Assembly: GCF_009914755.1 (NCBI RefSeq)
Contig: NC_060947.1
Direction: 5' to 3' (one strand)
DNA from: the human T2T-CHM13v2.0 reference genome, Homo sapiens
DNA length: 64,000 nt
A model generated the notes under the pieces. It did no database searches. It had not been told where the DNA came from and was given only the letters and a program-made list of their open reading frames with translations. The position numbers and the translations under genes are program-made. Below are positions 1 to 16,423 of the stretch, piece by piece. The stretch's first letter is position 1. Every line of letters starts with the position of its first letter.

Positions 1-2463
1 ATAGCCTTTCTCTACACTGTGTTACTGATATGATTTATACTCAAGGGTTTGCTCCTGAGATGCTAGCTTGCAATATTAGGGTATGAATGACAAGGAGGCA
101 TAAGGCAAAGATGCTTCATTGGTTTGTGATTCTTGCAAATGAGGTCCACTTAGTCAAACCCAGTTTGTGGCCTGGGATTCCAAGCACATATTTTCAAGTT
201 GAGGAGAGCGATGATTTAGAATGTATAACCATCCACTCCACAATCCCTCACCCTAATTGACTCATTCAGGGATAAATTTATCTGGGGGAGATGCTTCTAT
301 TATTAGAGAACTGGATAATTAGCTCACCATATGTTATACACTGTATAGTAATTCAGGAGATGGGTCATCCTGAATGCACTTTAATTAGCCAGAAATCCTT
401 GCTATTCTTGCATAAAGGAGTGAATTATAAATTTCTTGGAGATACCCAACTCTCTGTATGTGCCCTGTAGGGTCATCCCATTATCACAGCTTTCGGTTTT
501 GCCATCCCTGTCTTCATTGCAATGCAAAACAGATCCAACTTAGGTGCACAGCAGAAATGGTAACACATAATGGGACATGTTCAAGTGTAATGGACACCGT
601 GGAATGGTTGCCAATTATACGTCAGGTGCTGTGGATACACACATTGTTTTGTGCACCTCCCACACCCATTGCTTCCTTCACACCACATAACAACCTCATG
701 AGGTCGGTAAATAGATGTCTCACTGTGGAGAAACTTTGAAGCTGAAATCCTTTGAATGAACAAAGCTCCACAGGTAATAAAGAGTAGAGGCTGAATTTAA
801 ACAGAACTAACTCAACCTTTTGAATTTTGGAATGCTTCATAAACAGTTGGGGGAATCTTTTCCATCTACTCTAGTGCGGTAGACTTATTGAGTGAGGATT
901 AGTCCGAGTGAGGATTAGTTGGAAGAAGATTAGGGCATTGTATGAGTGTCTCAACACCTTTCTCCAGATGGAAGAGTCTAGGTCCAATGCTCAAGGAAGG
1001 AGAATGCATCTCTGTAATTCTTATAGATAAGTTTGAAGATCAGTAGTTTTATCATTACTATGGTAATCGAGAAGTACCTGGATGCTCTGAAGAGAAAATA
1101 AAGCGTAAGGATGATGGGTGAATGTAGCAAGTTAATTTTATTCACAAACAGCTTTTTTCTTTAGTTCAAGTCAAGGCTAATTTTTAAAAAGGTGTCATGC
1201 TGGTGGGTAGAATGAGATTCATGTTTTATGTCTTCAATAGAAAGAGATGGATGTTGGTCACTCTGCTTTGTGAAAAAACAGATATGTTGGCCTCTTCTCT
1301 GAATTCATTGAAACAGTGCTTCATTGCTAGGAAAAATATTTAAGTAAATCACTTCGTGTTTTTCTCTGAAGATATATACATGCCCACTTCGAACAGTAGA
1401 TTTCCAAGAATGGCAATGACTTTATACACACCTACATAATCTGTATAGTATGTTATACAGTTATGGGATTTATAGATTTATCTGGAATTTGCCATTAGTA
1501 TAAGGTTCTCCAGGCTGAAGTTTATTAAGTTGTTTCAATATATTAAATATATGTATGTATATTTTGAGATATTTTAATTAGAAGTTCAATAAAAGCTAAT
1601 AAGTTTTAGTCAAGCTCAATGTAGGATAACTCTTGTTCTTTATAGATGAATTTTTTCAGCAAAGGGTTTATGGATAGCAAATCAAAAATTTGGAAATTAT
1701 GTAGAGTTCTGTTTTTAATCTCTGACTTCCCGGAGTGGTAAGATCTCCTGTTCTGAAAACAGTAAACCCTGCTCCCTGACAACTCTCCACAGAAAACACA
1801 CCAAGACATCAGCATGATGGAAAGTATCAGTAATCAAGGGGTGGGGGGGAAACACCTACATGAAAAGATTATACATTTAGTGGAGAGCCATGGGGAAGAA
1901 TCTCTCCTACCATTTCCTATGGTCTGTACTTTTATGATAAATAAATACTCCTTTCTACAAGCATTGCTTGTGTAATCATAATTCCCTAAAATCTATGACA
2001 GCTGATAAATGTATTATTGGAAGAAGATATGACCTTTTGTCCTGGTCTATGTACTGCTATCACCATTTGGCACAGTCACAATCCCGAAATGCATTTATTG
2101 GGTTCCTCCAGCCTAGCCTCTCCCACTTCCAGCTGGACCCCAGTGTAAGTGGCTGTGATGAATAGCTGTGATTTGGCTCAAAGTGTCTTTTGAATAAAGG
2201 GATCTTTAGGAGGTTTCATTAGTTTCGATAAGAGTGTAAGCCAGGAAGGAATGGGGTGATATTGATTTTAATTCATGGTAAGAAAAGTAAATCAGATTAA
2301 ACACTAAGAGCAATATACAGGGACACACACAGATGCTCATTCAAAAATGGAAAAAGTAAATAATTAAAGAATTATCAAAGAGTCACATTATTCAATAACT
2401 GCAGGTAACACATGATTTGTTTCTAACTTTTGTGGGCCTATGGGATATGTATTTAAAAATGAG

Positions 2464-3024
<561 letters not shown>

Positions 3025-4715
3025 TCACTGGGGCATAGATAAAGAATACTTACACCTGACCCTGGAAATGCCTCTCCAGCCATACATTTCTGTATCTCTG
3101 AATATCATGCCTGTGAATAGCTCGAAAGCCTACATGTTTATGGAAATCATTCACAAACACTGTCATGCTATGTGAACCATTGAAAGCTACCTCTTTCTGG
3201 GAGCAAATTCTGACCCCTGCCAGGTTGAGATAAGTTCTCCTCTGAATTCATTCTCTGCAGCACTGAGTGGGGCATTTAAGACAGCTTAGACTAGCTGTCA
3301 ATGCTCTTGTCTGAACTGTGGGTTGCTGATGGCAGGGTCCGGTCCAGTCTCTCTTTATATTTCTGGTGCCTGGTATTGTGTGTCAGCAGAACATTTGCTT
3401 AATAACTGCAAAACTTATAGATGGAAGACATGAACAGCTGGGTGTATAAATCCACCTGCTGCACGCAGAGGTGGTCACATGAACTTCGTGGGGGTTGGGG
3501 GTGGCGGTTGTTGATACCGCTATCTGATTTATGCCATACTCTAATTACCAGCAGCAGAAGGTAGCCAGAAGGAATTCACAGACATCCCTATTTGCATTCC
3601 TGTTATTCCCTATGCCCACTGTAGTTGGAACAATACTACAATAATAAAGGTCAGACACTCAGATGAAGATTATTATTCCGAAGATCCTCAAAAGTATACT
3701 TTATGGCAGACAGAAAAAAAATGCCTTAGCCATCTTCTTGTGTGAATTTTCACTCCTGCCTCTATAGAATGTAAATCTTTTGATTCTGAGATTGGAATGA
3801 TTACATGTTGCTGGAAAGGCTCAGGGCTGTCTTCTGTATTTTTAACAAATGGAGCGCAGGCATGTAGCAGCTGAAAGTTCTATCTTTTCGCACAGTGTGC
3901 AAGACAGTGGCAATAAATTTTCAGAAGAGTTGTTTACTGAAGTACTCCAGCTAATAAAAAAGGAATTAAGCTGTTATTGAGAAATCTTTCTTCCACCAAC
4001 TTGCTGATGTGTCATTCAGCTTTCAAGGTCGTAGAGAGGAAGAGAAACCCAGATCTCCTTCCTGAGCCTGGGTTTGAAGCAAATGGTCTTTCCTGGTCTC
4101 TCAAAGGATATCACAAAGCAAGAATTCCTTCACCTGGGCACAGGCTGTCAGTTACACCCCAGGTGTGTGCAGGAAAGCCAGTGATTTATGTCTGTCTAGC
4201 CAACATTCCCATGCACCGTTGATTTCACTTCTGTTCCTGAATGGTAAATCTTGGAACAGTGTTTTTGCAAGCCAAGTATGCTTTTCTCTGTTTTCTGGGT
4301 TTGTTTTTGTATGTCAAACCTAATCAACTCTACTCGATGCACAGAGTATACATAAAGATGCTGGTATCTCTGATGTCACCCCTATAGAATAAAAAACCAC
4401 TGCTTTATAGAGAGATGATAGAAAACAAGTTCCATAAATATGTGAATTTTGATAATAAACACATTAATTCCCTTCTCCCCTTCTAAGGAGGATTCCCCTG
4501 CATTCCAAGACAAAGGTCATGTTCCGTAGCCTTGATTGAACCCTGAAGCTCAGGTCTTTGACTCAACTGTTCTTTCAGTCCTCATGAACCAGCTTTTATT
4601 TCAGGCTTTATTATTTGCCGGTTGTGTCATCTTTATCATTTATTTCTTTATTTCCACCTCACATTTTAATATGCCACAATTTTATGATCCTGCCAATCAT
4701 GTTGATGGATGTCTC

Positions 4716-4748
4716 TTTCTTCTTCTTCTTCTTCTTTTTTTTTTTTTT
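4716..4748. repeat. (CTT)n-poly(T) simple repeat
   Basis: Read directly from the sequence. Confidence 0.85.
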
Positions 4749-6029
4749 AACTTTTGAGCAAGAGGACTGCTATCCAAAATTGGAGAATCCAAGTCGAAAC
4801 TGGACTGGAGCCCAGTGCTGGGCATTTCAATCCATGCAATAGCTCCTCGTTCTCAGCAAATTCTGTCACTCACATCCTGTATGACCATGTACTATGCTTG
4901 GGAGATTGACTTTTTAAGCTTTCTTATCTATTTTCCTTAACTTTAAATCTAAAAATAAATGGGAGAACAGATGAGAGTGAAATTGCAGTGAGATTGTTCT
5001 CATACATAATGTAACTCTCTATTTAGGAACACAAAGACTGTAATTTCATGTTCGTTTTGAGGAATCTAAGCCAGTTTAGGGGAACACAATCTGCTTCTGG
5101 GGAAGGAGGTGCAATTTGCCCAGGTGTGAGTAAACTTTCCCCATAATAAGTAGGATGGAGGCTTCACAGTCTGCTCTGTGTGGCCAAGCTCTCTAACATA
5201 CTGTGGCTCCATTTCAGCTCCTCCAGGTTCCTCAAGGGCATCTTCTCTTAGAAGGAGCCAAACACATGGCTTGGTAGAGATGCTCATATGTAAGTCATCA
5301 GCTAGGATGACAATTACAGTGCTTCCATCTAAGCAGTAGTATGTCCTCTTTTCTTTCTGAGATCTAACAGTGAATGTTATAGACCAGGTCCAGTGGGCTC
5401 TCATTGCATGCCTTCTTATTCCAGTTCCTGTGAGAGGTGAGACAAGCCACTCAGGATTTTTTTTTTTTTTAACTTTCTTGGCTGTGAGATATTAACAACA
5501 TTTCCTTGTTTCATATTCTTGTAAAAAAAAAAAAAGGTTGGGGGGTACCTAATTTGCCACCAAGTACTGGAATAATAAAACATGGTACTGATGATTACCA
5601 ATAACTTGTTAGATTTGATCTGCCTGTTTTCAGAGAACTGGGGATGCCTGGCTTAGCTCTAACCCAAAGTGTGCTGTTTTGTGCTAATTTTCTCTTTCAA
5701 AGGAGTAGGGGGTTAATAAATGTAAGAACTGAAAAGGGAAGTGTTACAGCCATAGGTGTGAGCAGTTCGAGGAGCCCAAGGTATATTAACATTAGCAAAA
5801 TACAAAATGCATTTAGAAAAGCATATATCCATTTATTGTTTCCAGAAAAACTTATTAGTATTTGTGACACCCAGTCCAAAATTTGGAATGTTTTTGGCTA
5901 TCATGAGAAGTTAAGGAAGCCAGGAATACATAGAAGAAAAATTAATTTAATTACATATATATATATATATATATATGTAGTCTTCTGAACTTTTACTGGC
6001 TGGTAAAGATGTGGACCATAGGAGATGAC

Positions 6030-6305
6030 CCCTTCAAAGTAAGAAGAGACTTAGGAGAGAAGTTCTGCAGAGTAGTCCCTGCTCTAGAGCAACTGTTACA
6101 TAAACCATGTCCCGTCAAAGTAACAAAAGACTGAGGACAGAAGTTCTGCAGAGGAATCTCTGCTCTAGAGCAACTGTTACATAAGCCACATTCCTTCAAA
6201 GTAACGAGATTTAGGACAGAAGTTCTGCAGAGGAATCCTTGCTCTAGAGCAACCGTTACATAAACCACATCCCTTCTAAGTAACAAGAGACTTAGGCAGA
6301 AGTCT
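6030..6305. repeat. Minisatellite, ~80-bp unit, ~3.4 copies
   Basis: Units start at ~6030, 6111, 6192 and 6271. Each reads like ccttcaaagtaa..gacttagga.agaagttctgcagag...tgctctagagcaactgttacataa. Confidence 0.92.
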
Positions 6306-6605
6306 AAACCATATGCAACATAAACCATTCACAATGCAATTCACATTGCATTCCCAAGGCCCTGTCGTTCACTTGACTGCTGGGCGGGGCTGCCAATGCT
6401 CAGAAAGCAAATGCAGTATTTCATCCAATAGCAGAGATTTGCTGAATTCATGCCACCTGCCAATCACTTTGCGGGTGTCAGGAACACCATGATATAAATG
6501 ACACCTCCTGCCTGGTGGTCTGGTGGGAGAAGAGAGCACATAAAGAGCTCTGGTGTCGTGGAACACATACTTTATTAGCATTTGCTAATAAAAATTGAAT
6601 CTCCG

Positions 6606-7530
<925 letters not shown>

Positions 7531-8670
7531 GAAATTGAATTCCTGCCCCCATCCATGCATTCATTCTCTCATTTGTTTGGCAATATTATTAAGTATCTTC
7601 TACAGGTCAGGCATGGCACTAGGGCCTGGAGATTCAGTGGAAGGTTAATGCTCCATGGTGCTCAGCCCTGATGGGACTTCCTGGAAAAGGGGAACAGGCT
7701 CTCAGAGGAGGTGGCATTGGAGATGGCTTCTGAACAATGACTGCTTGCCAGGGAGAGGGGGAAGTAAGTTTTAGGTTGAGAGGTGATGATGTGCAGAGCA
7801 TTGAGCTGTGAATGTGCAAGCTGTGTTTGGGACTGGTTACCATATTGGGGTAGAAGCTGGGCGGTGAGAGTATTGGCATCAACATAAGGCTTCGTCAGGA
7901 CTGTTCATGTTTTGATAATAAATCTGAAGTGTAGTTATTTAAGGAACCCACCCAAGTTCACAGAAGTAGTTAAAGGAAGAGCTTGAATCACAGTAAGAAG
8001 AAGCCATTGGGGAGTGGGCAGTGAGGCAGGGGCTGTCATTAAGGTGTGTCTGTCCCCTCTAAGCATTGCAGCTTCTTGCACAAATCTCTCAGAGCTCTCA
8101 CCAACCCTGGGGAAGTGGACACTTGTCCTGTTCCCTGATAGCCTTCAAAAAGGCCTCTCACCCAGTATTCTCTTTCAGCAGAAAGGAATTGCTAATTATT
8201 TCCCAGACGAGAGGTAAAGATTGAGCCTACGAGGTGAAACTGAGACACAGCACTAAATGCATTTCTCAGAGGGCAACCCGATGTGAAGAAGCACCCATGG
8301 GACTTATTGATCCCTATCAGCAGACTCAGTTGTGAAACCTCATACCTTCGTATAGCAACATCGCTCACAGCCCATTGTAGCAAAGGCCACGCATTGACAG
8401 TGACTTATAACTCTTGAGTATCTGTGCATTCTAATCAATTCAAATGAAGGAGGTTTAGGTGCTCTCTGAATTAAGGAATATGTTTGCATTATCATTCCCC
8501 TCTCTCGAGAGGTTTAGGCCAATTGAATGAATGTTCTATTTAACTTTGAAAATTTCAGTATTGACCATTTAGTGTTCATTCTAGGAGACTTGTTGTATTA
8601 TAGAAGAGGGTAGAACACAAAATTGAGTTGGAGTTCAAACAGCATTGATGAAAGTAATTGACAACTGAAG

Positions 8671-9248
8671 GTACACAATGGAATACTATTCACCTTTAAA
8701 AAGAACGTAATGCTGTCATTTTTGACAACATGGATGAACCTGGAGGACATTCTGCTAAGTTGTATAAGCCAGACACAGAAAGACAAATACTGCAAGATCT
8801 CACTTCTATGTGGAATCTAAGAAGAAAGTTGAACTCCTAGAAGCAGAGAGTAGAATGGCAGTTACCAGGGACTGGGGTTAGGGGAGTGGATGGGGAATGG
8901 GGACATGTTGGTCAAAGGATAAAAAGTTTTAGTTAGACAGGAGGAATAGTTTGGGGATGTATTGCATTACATGGTGACTGTAGTGACTTACAATGTATTA
9001 TATATTTCAAAATTGCTGAGAGAGTAGATTTTAAATGTTCTCACCTCAAAGAAATGACAACTATATGAGAAAATGAATATTTTGATTAGCTTTATTTAAT
9101 CATTCCACATGGTAAACATATATTATTGCACTGTCCCCAACAAGTCTATACAAGAATTATTTGTATATATCAAATGATACCTATATATACAAAATTTGTA
9201 TATATATTTGTATAATTGTTTGCATATATCAATTAAAAATTTTAAAAG
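8671..9248 (+). mobile_element. Old L1 (L1MA-like) 3' end
   Basis: acaatggaatactattca...acaacatggatgaacctggaggacatt...gagagtagattttaaatgttctcac, the typical L1 ORF2 end and 3' UTR. Confidence 0.85.
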
Positions 9249-9615
9249 GTAGTCTTCTCTAGCAGTGTGTGTATGTGTATTTGTGTATAAATTTTTTTCC
9301 CAAAGAAATACTATTTTCAAGGTGCTTGAATTCATATTAATCACCATATAGAGAAGGAAGAACAGAATTAAACAACAACAACAAAAAACAAATATAGGCA
9401 ATTTTCTATTAAATCTCTTCCTGAGTTGGGTCTTTGGGGGATGTCTCAATAACATAATTCTTCACTTACTGATCCATAGAGGGTAACAATAAGTCACTTC
9501 ATAGAGACACAACAGAGACTTACCTTTCTCTGACAGAAGATACCATATTAGGCAATTAACTTGTAATATTTTGTGAATTTTCAAATAGCCTGCTATGATA
9601 ATAGGTGGATCTTAA

Positions 9616-9861
<246 letters not shown>

Positions 9862-9924
9862 TAAGTCTTTGCCTCCTTGTGTTTTCTTTCCTGTGTATTT
9901 CTATCTTTGTTCCTGATGCCTTTA

Positions 9925-10280
<356 letters not shown>

Positions 10281-12741
10281 CTAGTCTGTGGGCTGCAGAT
10301 GGAAGAGATTCATGGACGAAAAGAGACAAAACTTTAGTCCTTATTATCCCTTATTCTATCAACAATGAAATATGAACAATGCCTTGTCATTAGCAGTTAA
10401 ATGTGTGATGGATTTTGGATCCAGAATACCTGCAGCTGGCTACAGCCTTGGCGAGGCTCTCAGGGCAACAGTGACGAGATCCTCGTGTTCTTCTTGCTGC
10501 ATCTAACGATGGCAAAGCTTTGCTTGTTCTCCAAACTCCTTCTCTCCCTTCCTGAGCAAATAACCCTATTTCTGAGAAACATGGCATTTTTCACTGACAT
10601 TGGGAAGACTTCCTTACTGAAGCTTTGTTTAAGTTAAAATGCATGTCTTCCATATCTACATCATCATCCCTATGCTTTTATTTTGTCTTGCAGAGCTCAG
10701 AGATCCCAGGATGGGGGATTACACCTGGGGTCTCTTAGCTGTACACAGCTAAGGGGTTGGCTGGCATGCAATCTCATGCTGAATGAGGTAGGGAAGGCCT
10801 TAGTGTGTGAGTTACGCAAAGGAGTGAAAAATCAGCATTCCAGTCCACTCGGAACTTCTCACAACTTCCAGTCTTTTCTAGCAGCATTGCCTCTTACTTT
10901 TACATTGCTGGGCTCATCTGGACAGTATCAGAGTGACAGAAGAGATCATTTTGTCCATATTCCAGTACTCGCCCAGGTTCCTGAAGATTTTCATATATTT
11001 GTTTCCTTTTACTTTTTCTCTCTCTCATTCTTCCTTCCATTTCTTTTGGTGAAATAACTCAATAGTTTCTAATCTTTGGATCCAGATGTTTTGGAAATCC
11101 ATGAAAGTTGCTTCCTAGTTCTGTTTGTTTGTTTGTTTAAAGCAGAAAATTGATGGCAGTGGTGGTCACCTACTGTGGTGATTGTCAGAACAAATTTTGT
11201 TCTGTTTTGTTTTAAATCATGAAAGGAGCACCTTCTTAAGAAACAAGACTGGGCTCTTCTTCCAGCTTCTAGATGCTTCTTTAATTATCTCTGTGAACTT
11301 GGGAGATGTTTTACATCTTCAGGCCTCTCCTCTATCATCTTGATAGGAGGATTCAAATTAGGCGAGTTCTGAGGTTCTTTTTTTCTCTAATAGTCTGTGA
11401 TTCTATAAAGTAATGAGAGTGAGTACCATTTGTAATACTAACTAGGAAAAACAAAACCAGAACATTCTCTCTAACAAGATTTATAAGAAGAATGCATTAC
11501 GCTTAGGGCTCGTACATATACCAATACAAGCCTGCCTCCTTTTATTTTTTCCTTTCTAAAATGTTGCACATAAATCAATTTATATTTTTCGCATCTTAGT
11601 GTAAATCAGTAGAATATTTTCTCTTTTTAATGAGTGTTCTATTTTAATGTGTCAGGCTGCTTATGCAACTCTAAGATTTCTGTTGGCTAGCAAGCAACCT
11701 CACGCTGATCTCATCACACCTGTTGATTAAATTTTATTTAATTAGCATGGCATACATGCCTGACTCATTAGAAAGTCTAACTTCCAGTGTTGTCTCACTA
11801 CTAGTTCCTCTAAAGTATTTGGAGAGTATTTTCAATCTTCAAGACCTGCCTTAGCCCCTGATTTATAGATGTTTGTGTTGTTTTTTTGTTTTTGGCGGAA
11901 AGATAAAATCCTTCCCCTAAGCATTCCATGAATTTTTAAGAAAGTTTTTGTTTTTTAAATCCAATACATATGAGTGTTCTAAAGAATATTTCTTCTTTCC
12001 AAGAAGGGCTTTTCCTTATTACACAGGACGGGACTGTTGGATTCTGAATAATTATGTAATAAAATAAAAGGGGGATATTTGCTTCATAAGAAACACTCCC
12101 TGCACAAAGGAAAACTGAGATGGAAGCGGTTAACTAGTGAGGGTGCATCTCAGTCACTCAGAGCATGTTCTCTCCACATGTTTGAGGGCTGTATAATTCT
12201 GTGGATCATCACTTTCTCCACTGCAGGTTTCTCTAAGCCTGGAAAGGCATATTCAGTGACCAAGAACCTTTATTATGTAACTGTACACCAATTCTACTGC
12301 CCGTGATTGTGGCTTACTGCCTTATTCTTAGCTGAGTGAGTGCTGTGTCTCATATTGTTATAGTAACTAGAGAAAGACTGACTTCATACAGATGTTGTGA
12401 GAGCTGCAGAAGGGGCTTCTCAGTACAACCACACAAGGGCAGTTGAAATCCAGGAGATACAATTCTGCTCTGCAAATTCACGGGGTGGTCGACATGATTT
12501 TAATCATCAGAGTGACTAACATTGAGAGCTGGCCGTATACTGGGCCCTGATAGCACATGTATTTGTGGGAGCCATAGGCTTTTGGTCCCATAAAGGTTGT
12601 CAAGAAATCACTGGCATGAGGCAGATTGATTCATAGGAGAAAAGACATACTAATTTATTGAATGTGCATACACAAGAGCCTTCATAATGAAGACCCAACC
12701 TCCCAATGGGGTCCAGAAGCTTATACACCATCCTGAGGTTA

Positions 12742-13272
<531 letters not shown>

Positions 13273-14622
13273 TTATCTTGTAATTTAAATGATCCTTGGA
13301 GTTAGTCATTGTACTTGGAAAAGGGTCTCCTCAGGGGTAGTCATATCTTGGTCTTCTTTTCTGCAACAGACAATGAAATTACAGGGAGGGGAAGGGAAAA
13401 AAATGTTCTCCTTGCGGGGGTCTGGATCTTAGGTAGATAAAAGAACTTCACCTTCTATGGGAGAAACTGTGTGTGGGATGAGGGGGAGGTTAGAGAGACT
13501 TGAGGCTTCTTCGGTTTAGCATGTCAAAATGCAATCTTTGGGGATATCAGTTTCTGAGTCCCAGCATCTTACCTCATTTTGTGCTGCCAGTGGTCCCTGT
13601 GCAGCAGGTGATGTTCTCATCATTCGCATTCCACAGGTAAGGCAAGTGAGGCTTGCAGGTTAGGTACACCCACCTCAGGTTACAGAATTCATAATGGGTG
13701 AGCATGAGTTCCAATGCAGGTGTCCCACCTAGAACATGAAATCTATACCACTTTGTTTCTTTTCTTTCCATGTAATAAGAAAGCGTGCATCATGTCAGTG
13801 CACAACCAACAACATATCTCCGGGACAGATCTAGTTCATTCATTAGTCATGTTGACTGGATGCTAACTGTGTGCTTAAATGTTTTTTGGCAGTGTAGGGT
13901 GGGAGTGGGGTGCAATGATGATAAGACTATAGGTTTAGGGGAGAATGTTCAGCCTACAGGATAGTAAGAAATTTAAGATTCTTTCAGGAGATCCTATAAC
14001 AACTCAGGGCAGAAAGTGAGGAATGTCATGAGGGAGGTGCAGATAAAGTGCTTGAACAGTTTGGAAGCAGGAAGGGCAGTGGTGCTGTGCATGTTGGATA
14101 CAGCAGCCACATCATTTCAGCAGGGCACACCCACAGTGGAATTCTCTGGGCAATCATGGTGCTATTGCAAAGTCTGATTTTCAATCCCAGTTAATTCTGA
14201 AGCAGCCCAAGCATCAGGGAAGAACAAACGTGTAAAATCTCATTGTTCTCCAGTATACAACAAGCATTTTGGAGGCGTGTCATTCTGGCTGTTTCTCCTC
14301 CTTTGGAAATAGACTGACATTTTTCATAGACCTGTTCATGGTTGGGGGTCAGGTGGAAGGATGGATGTAGTTCTCACCGGGGGTTTCTTATCTACAGCTT
14401 ACACCATTATAGTGATCACAGCTAGTCTGTGAAGTGGAATTTGCATGCAATCAGCATTCACTCAGAGCCCTGTGCTATTAATAGAACAACATGAAGGAAT
14501 CATAAATCAGCCTTTGCTCAGGATTAGACTAGCAAGTTCTGTACTATTACAAAGAAAAATTCAAGTGGAGAACAAGAAGGTGAATGCTAAAACAAATCTC
14601 TGGCTTCCAATCAAAGCTTCCT

Positions 14623-14896
<274 letters not shown>

Positions 14897-15663
14897 GCCT
14901 TGCTATGGAAAAAAAAAAAAGAAAAAACACCCTTCCACTGCTGAGAGTTGGAATCAACTGATTTTATGAGATTCTTTCAAACAAGAATGGCAAGTCTTCA
15001 TCTTTAGATGGAGTTCCAGAAGTCTTTGTGCATTTGTCGTTCAGTTGCTCAGGATTGGTAGCTTGGCATCCCCTGTTGGCTGAGCATGACAGGGCAACCC
15101 TCAGTTTGATTTCTCTCACTCTCCTCTGCCTTCCCTGCAGGAGGACCTGGACATTGCTATCGTACCCTCTGGGCACAGAGAACCAACCTGGAGGAAAAAT
15201 AAGTGGTGAATTCATGAGATGAGCTTGGGGGATGTTACAGAATGAATGCGTGTTTGCCATGCCTGACATTTAGTCAGTCATGTGCAACTCAATGTAGCAG
15301 CAAGGGCCATGCACCCAACTCGTCTTGAGGGATGGAGAATAAATTGGAAGGCCTCATTCGTAAGAGCTCAGGATTGTGTCAAGAACCTCAAGAAACACAA
15401 GAAAACTCTGGCAATGGGGAACCATAGGTATTGGTCTAAGCCCTTCAAATTTGCAGTGTAATTTTAAGTAGGGCCTGGATTATCAGACATGGTTGTAATG
15501 GATTATTCATTTTAAAATAGACTCTTTTAGGAGGTTTGGATTAAAATGATTGTGAAAGTATGGACTGTAGCATGCAATGAATAACCCCTCTGTGTATAGG
15601 TTCATTTACATGGACAAAAGTCCTCTGATTCAATATACGTAGAAGACATCTACTTTTAGAATC

Positions 15664-16423
<760 letters not shown>

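Noticed and set aside
890-919. 14-bp direct repeat gagtgaggattagt
   Set aside because: An ordinary small slippage duplication with no further structure.
6030-6305. Palindromic repeats at regular spacing, superficially like a CRISPR array
   Set aside because: The intervening sequences are homologous to each other (whole-unit tandem repeat), there are no cas genes, and the DNA is a primate intron.
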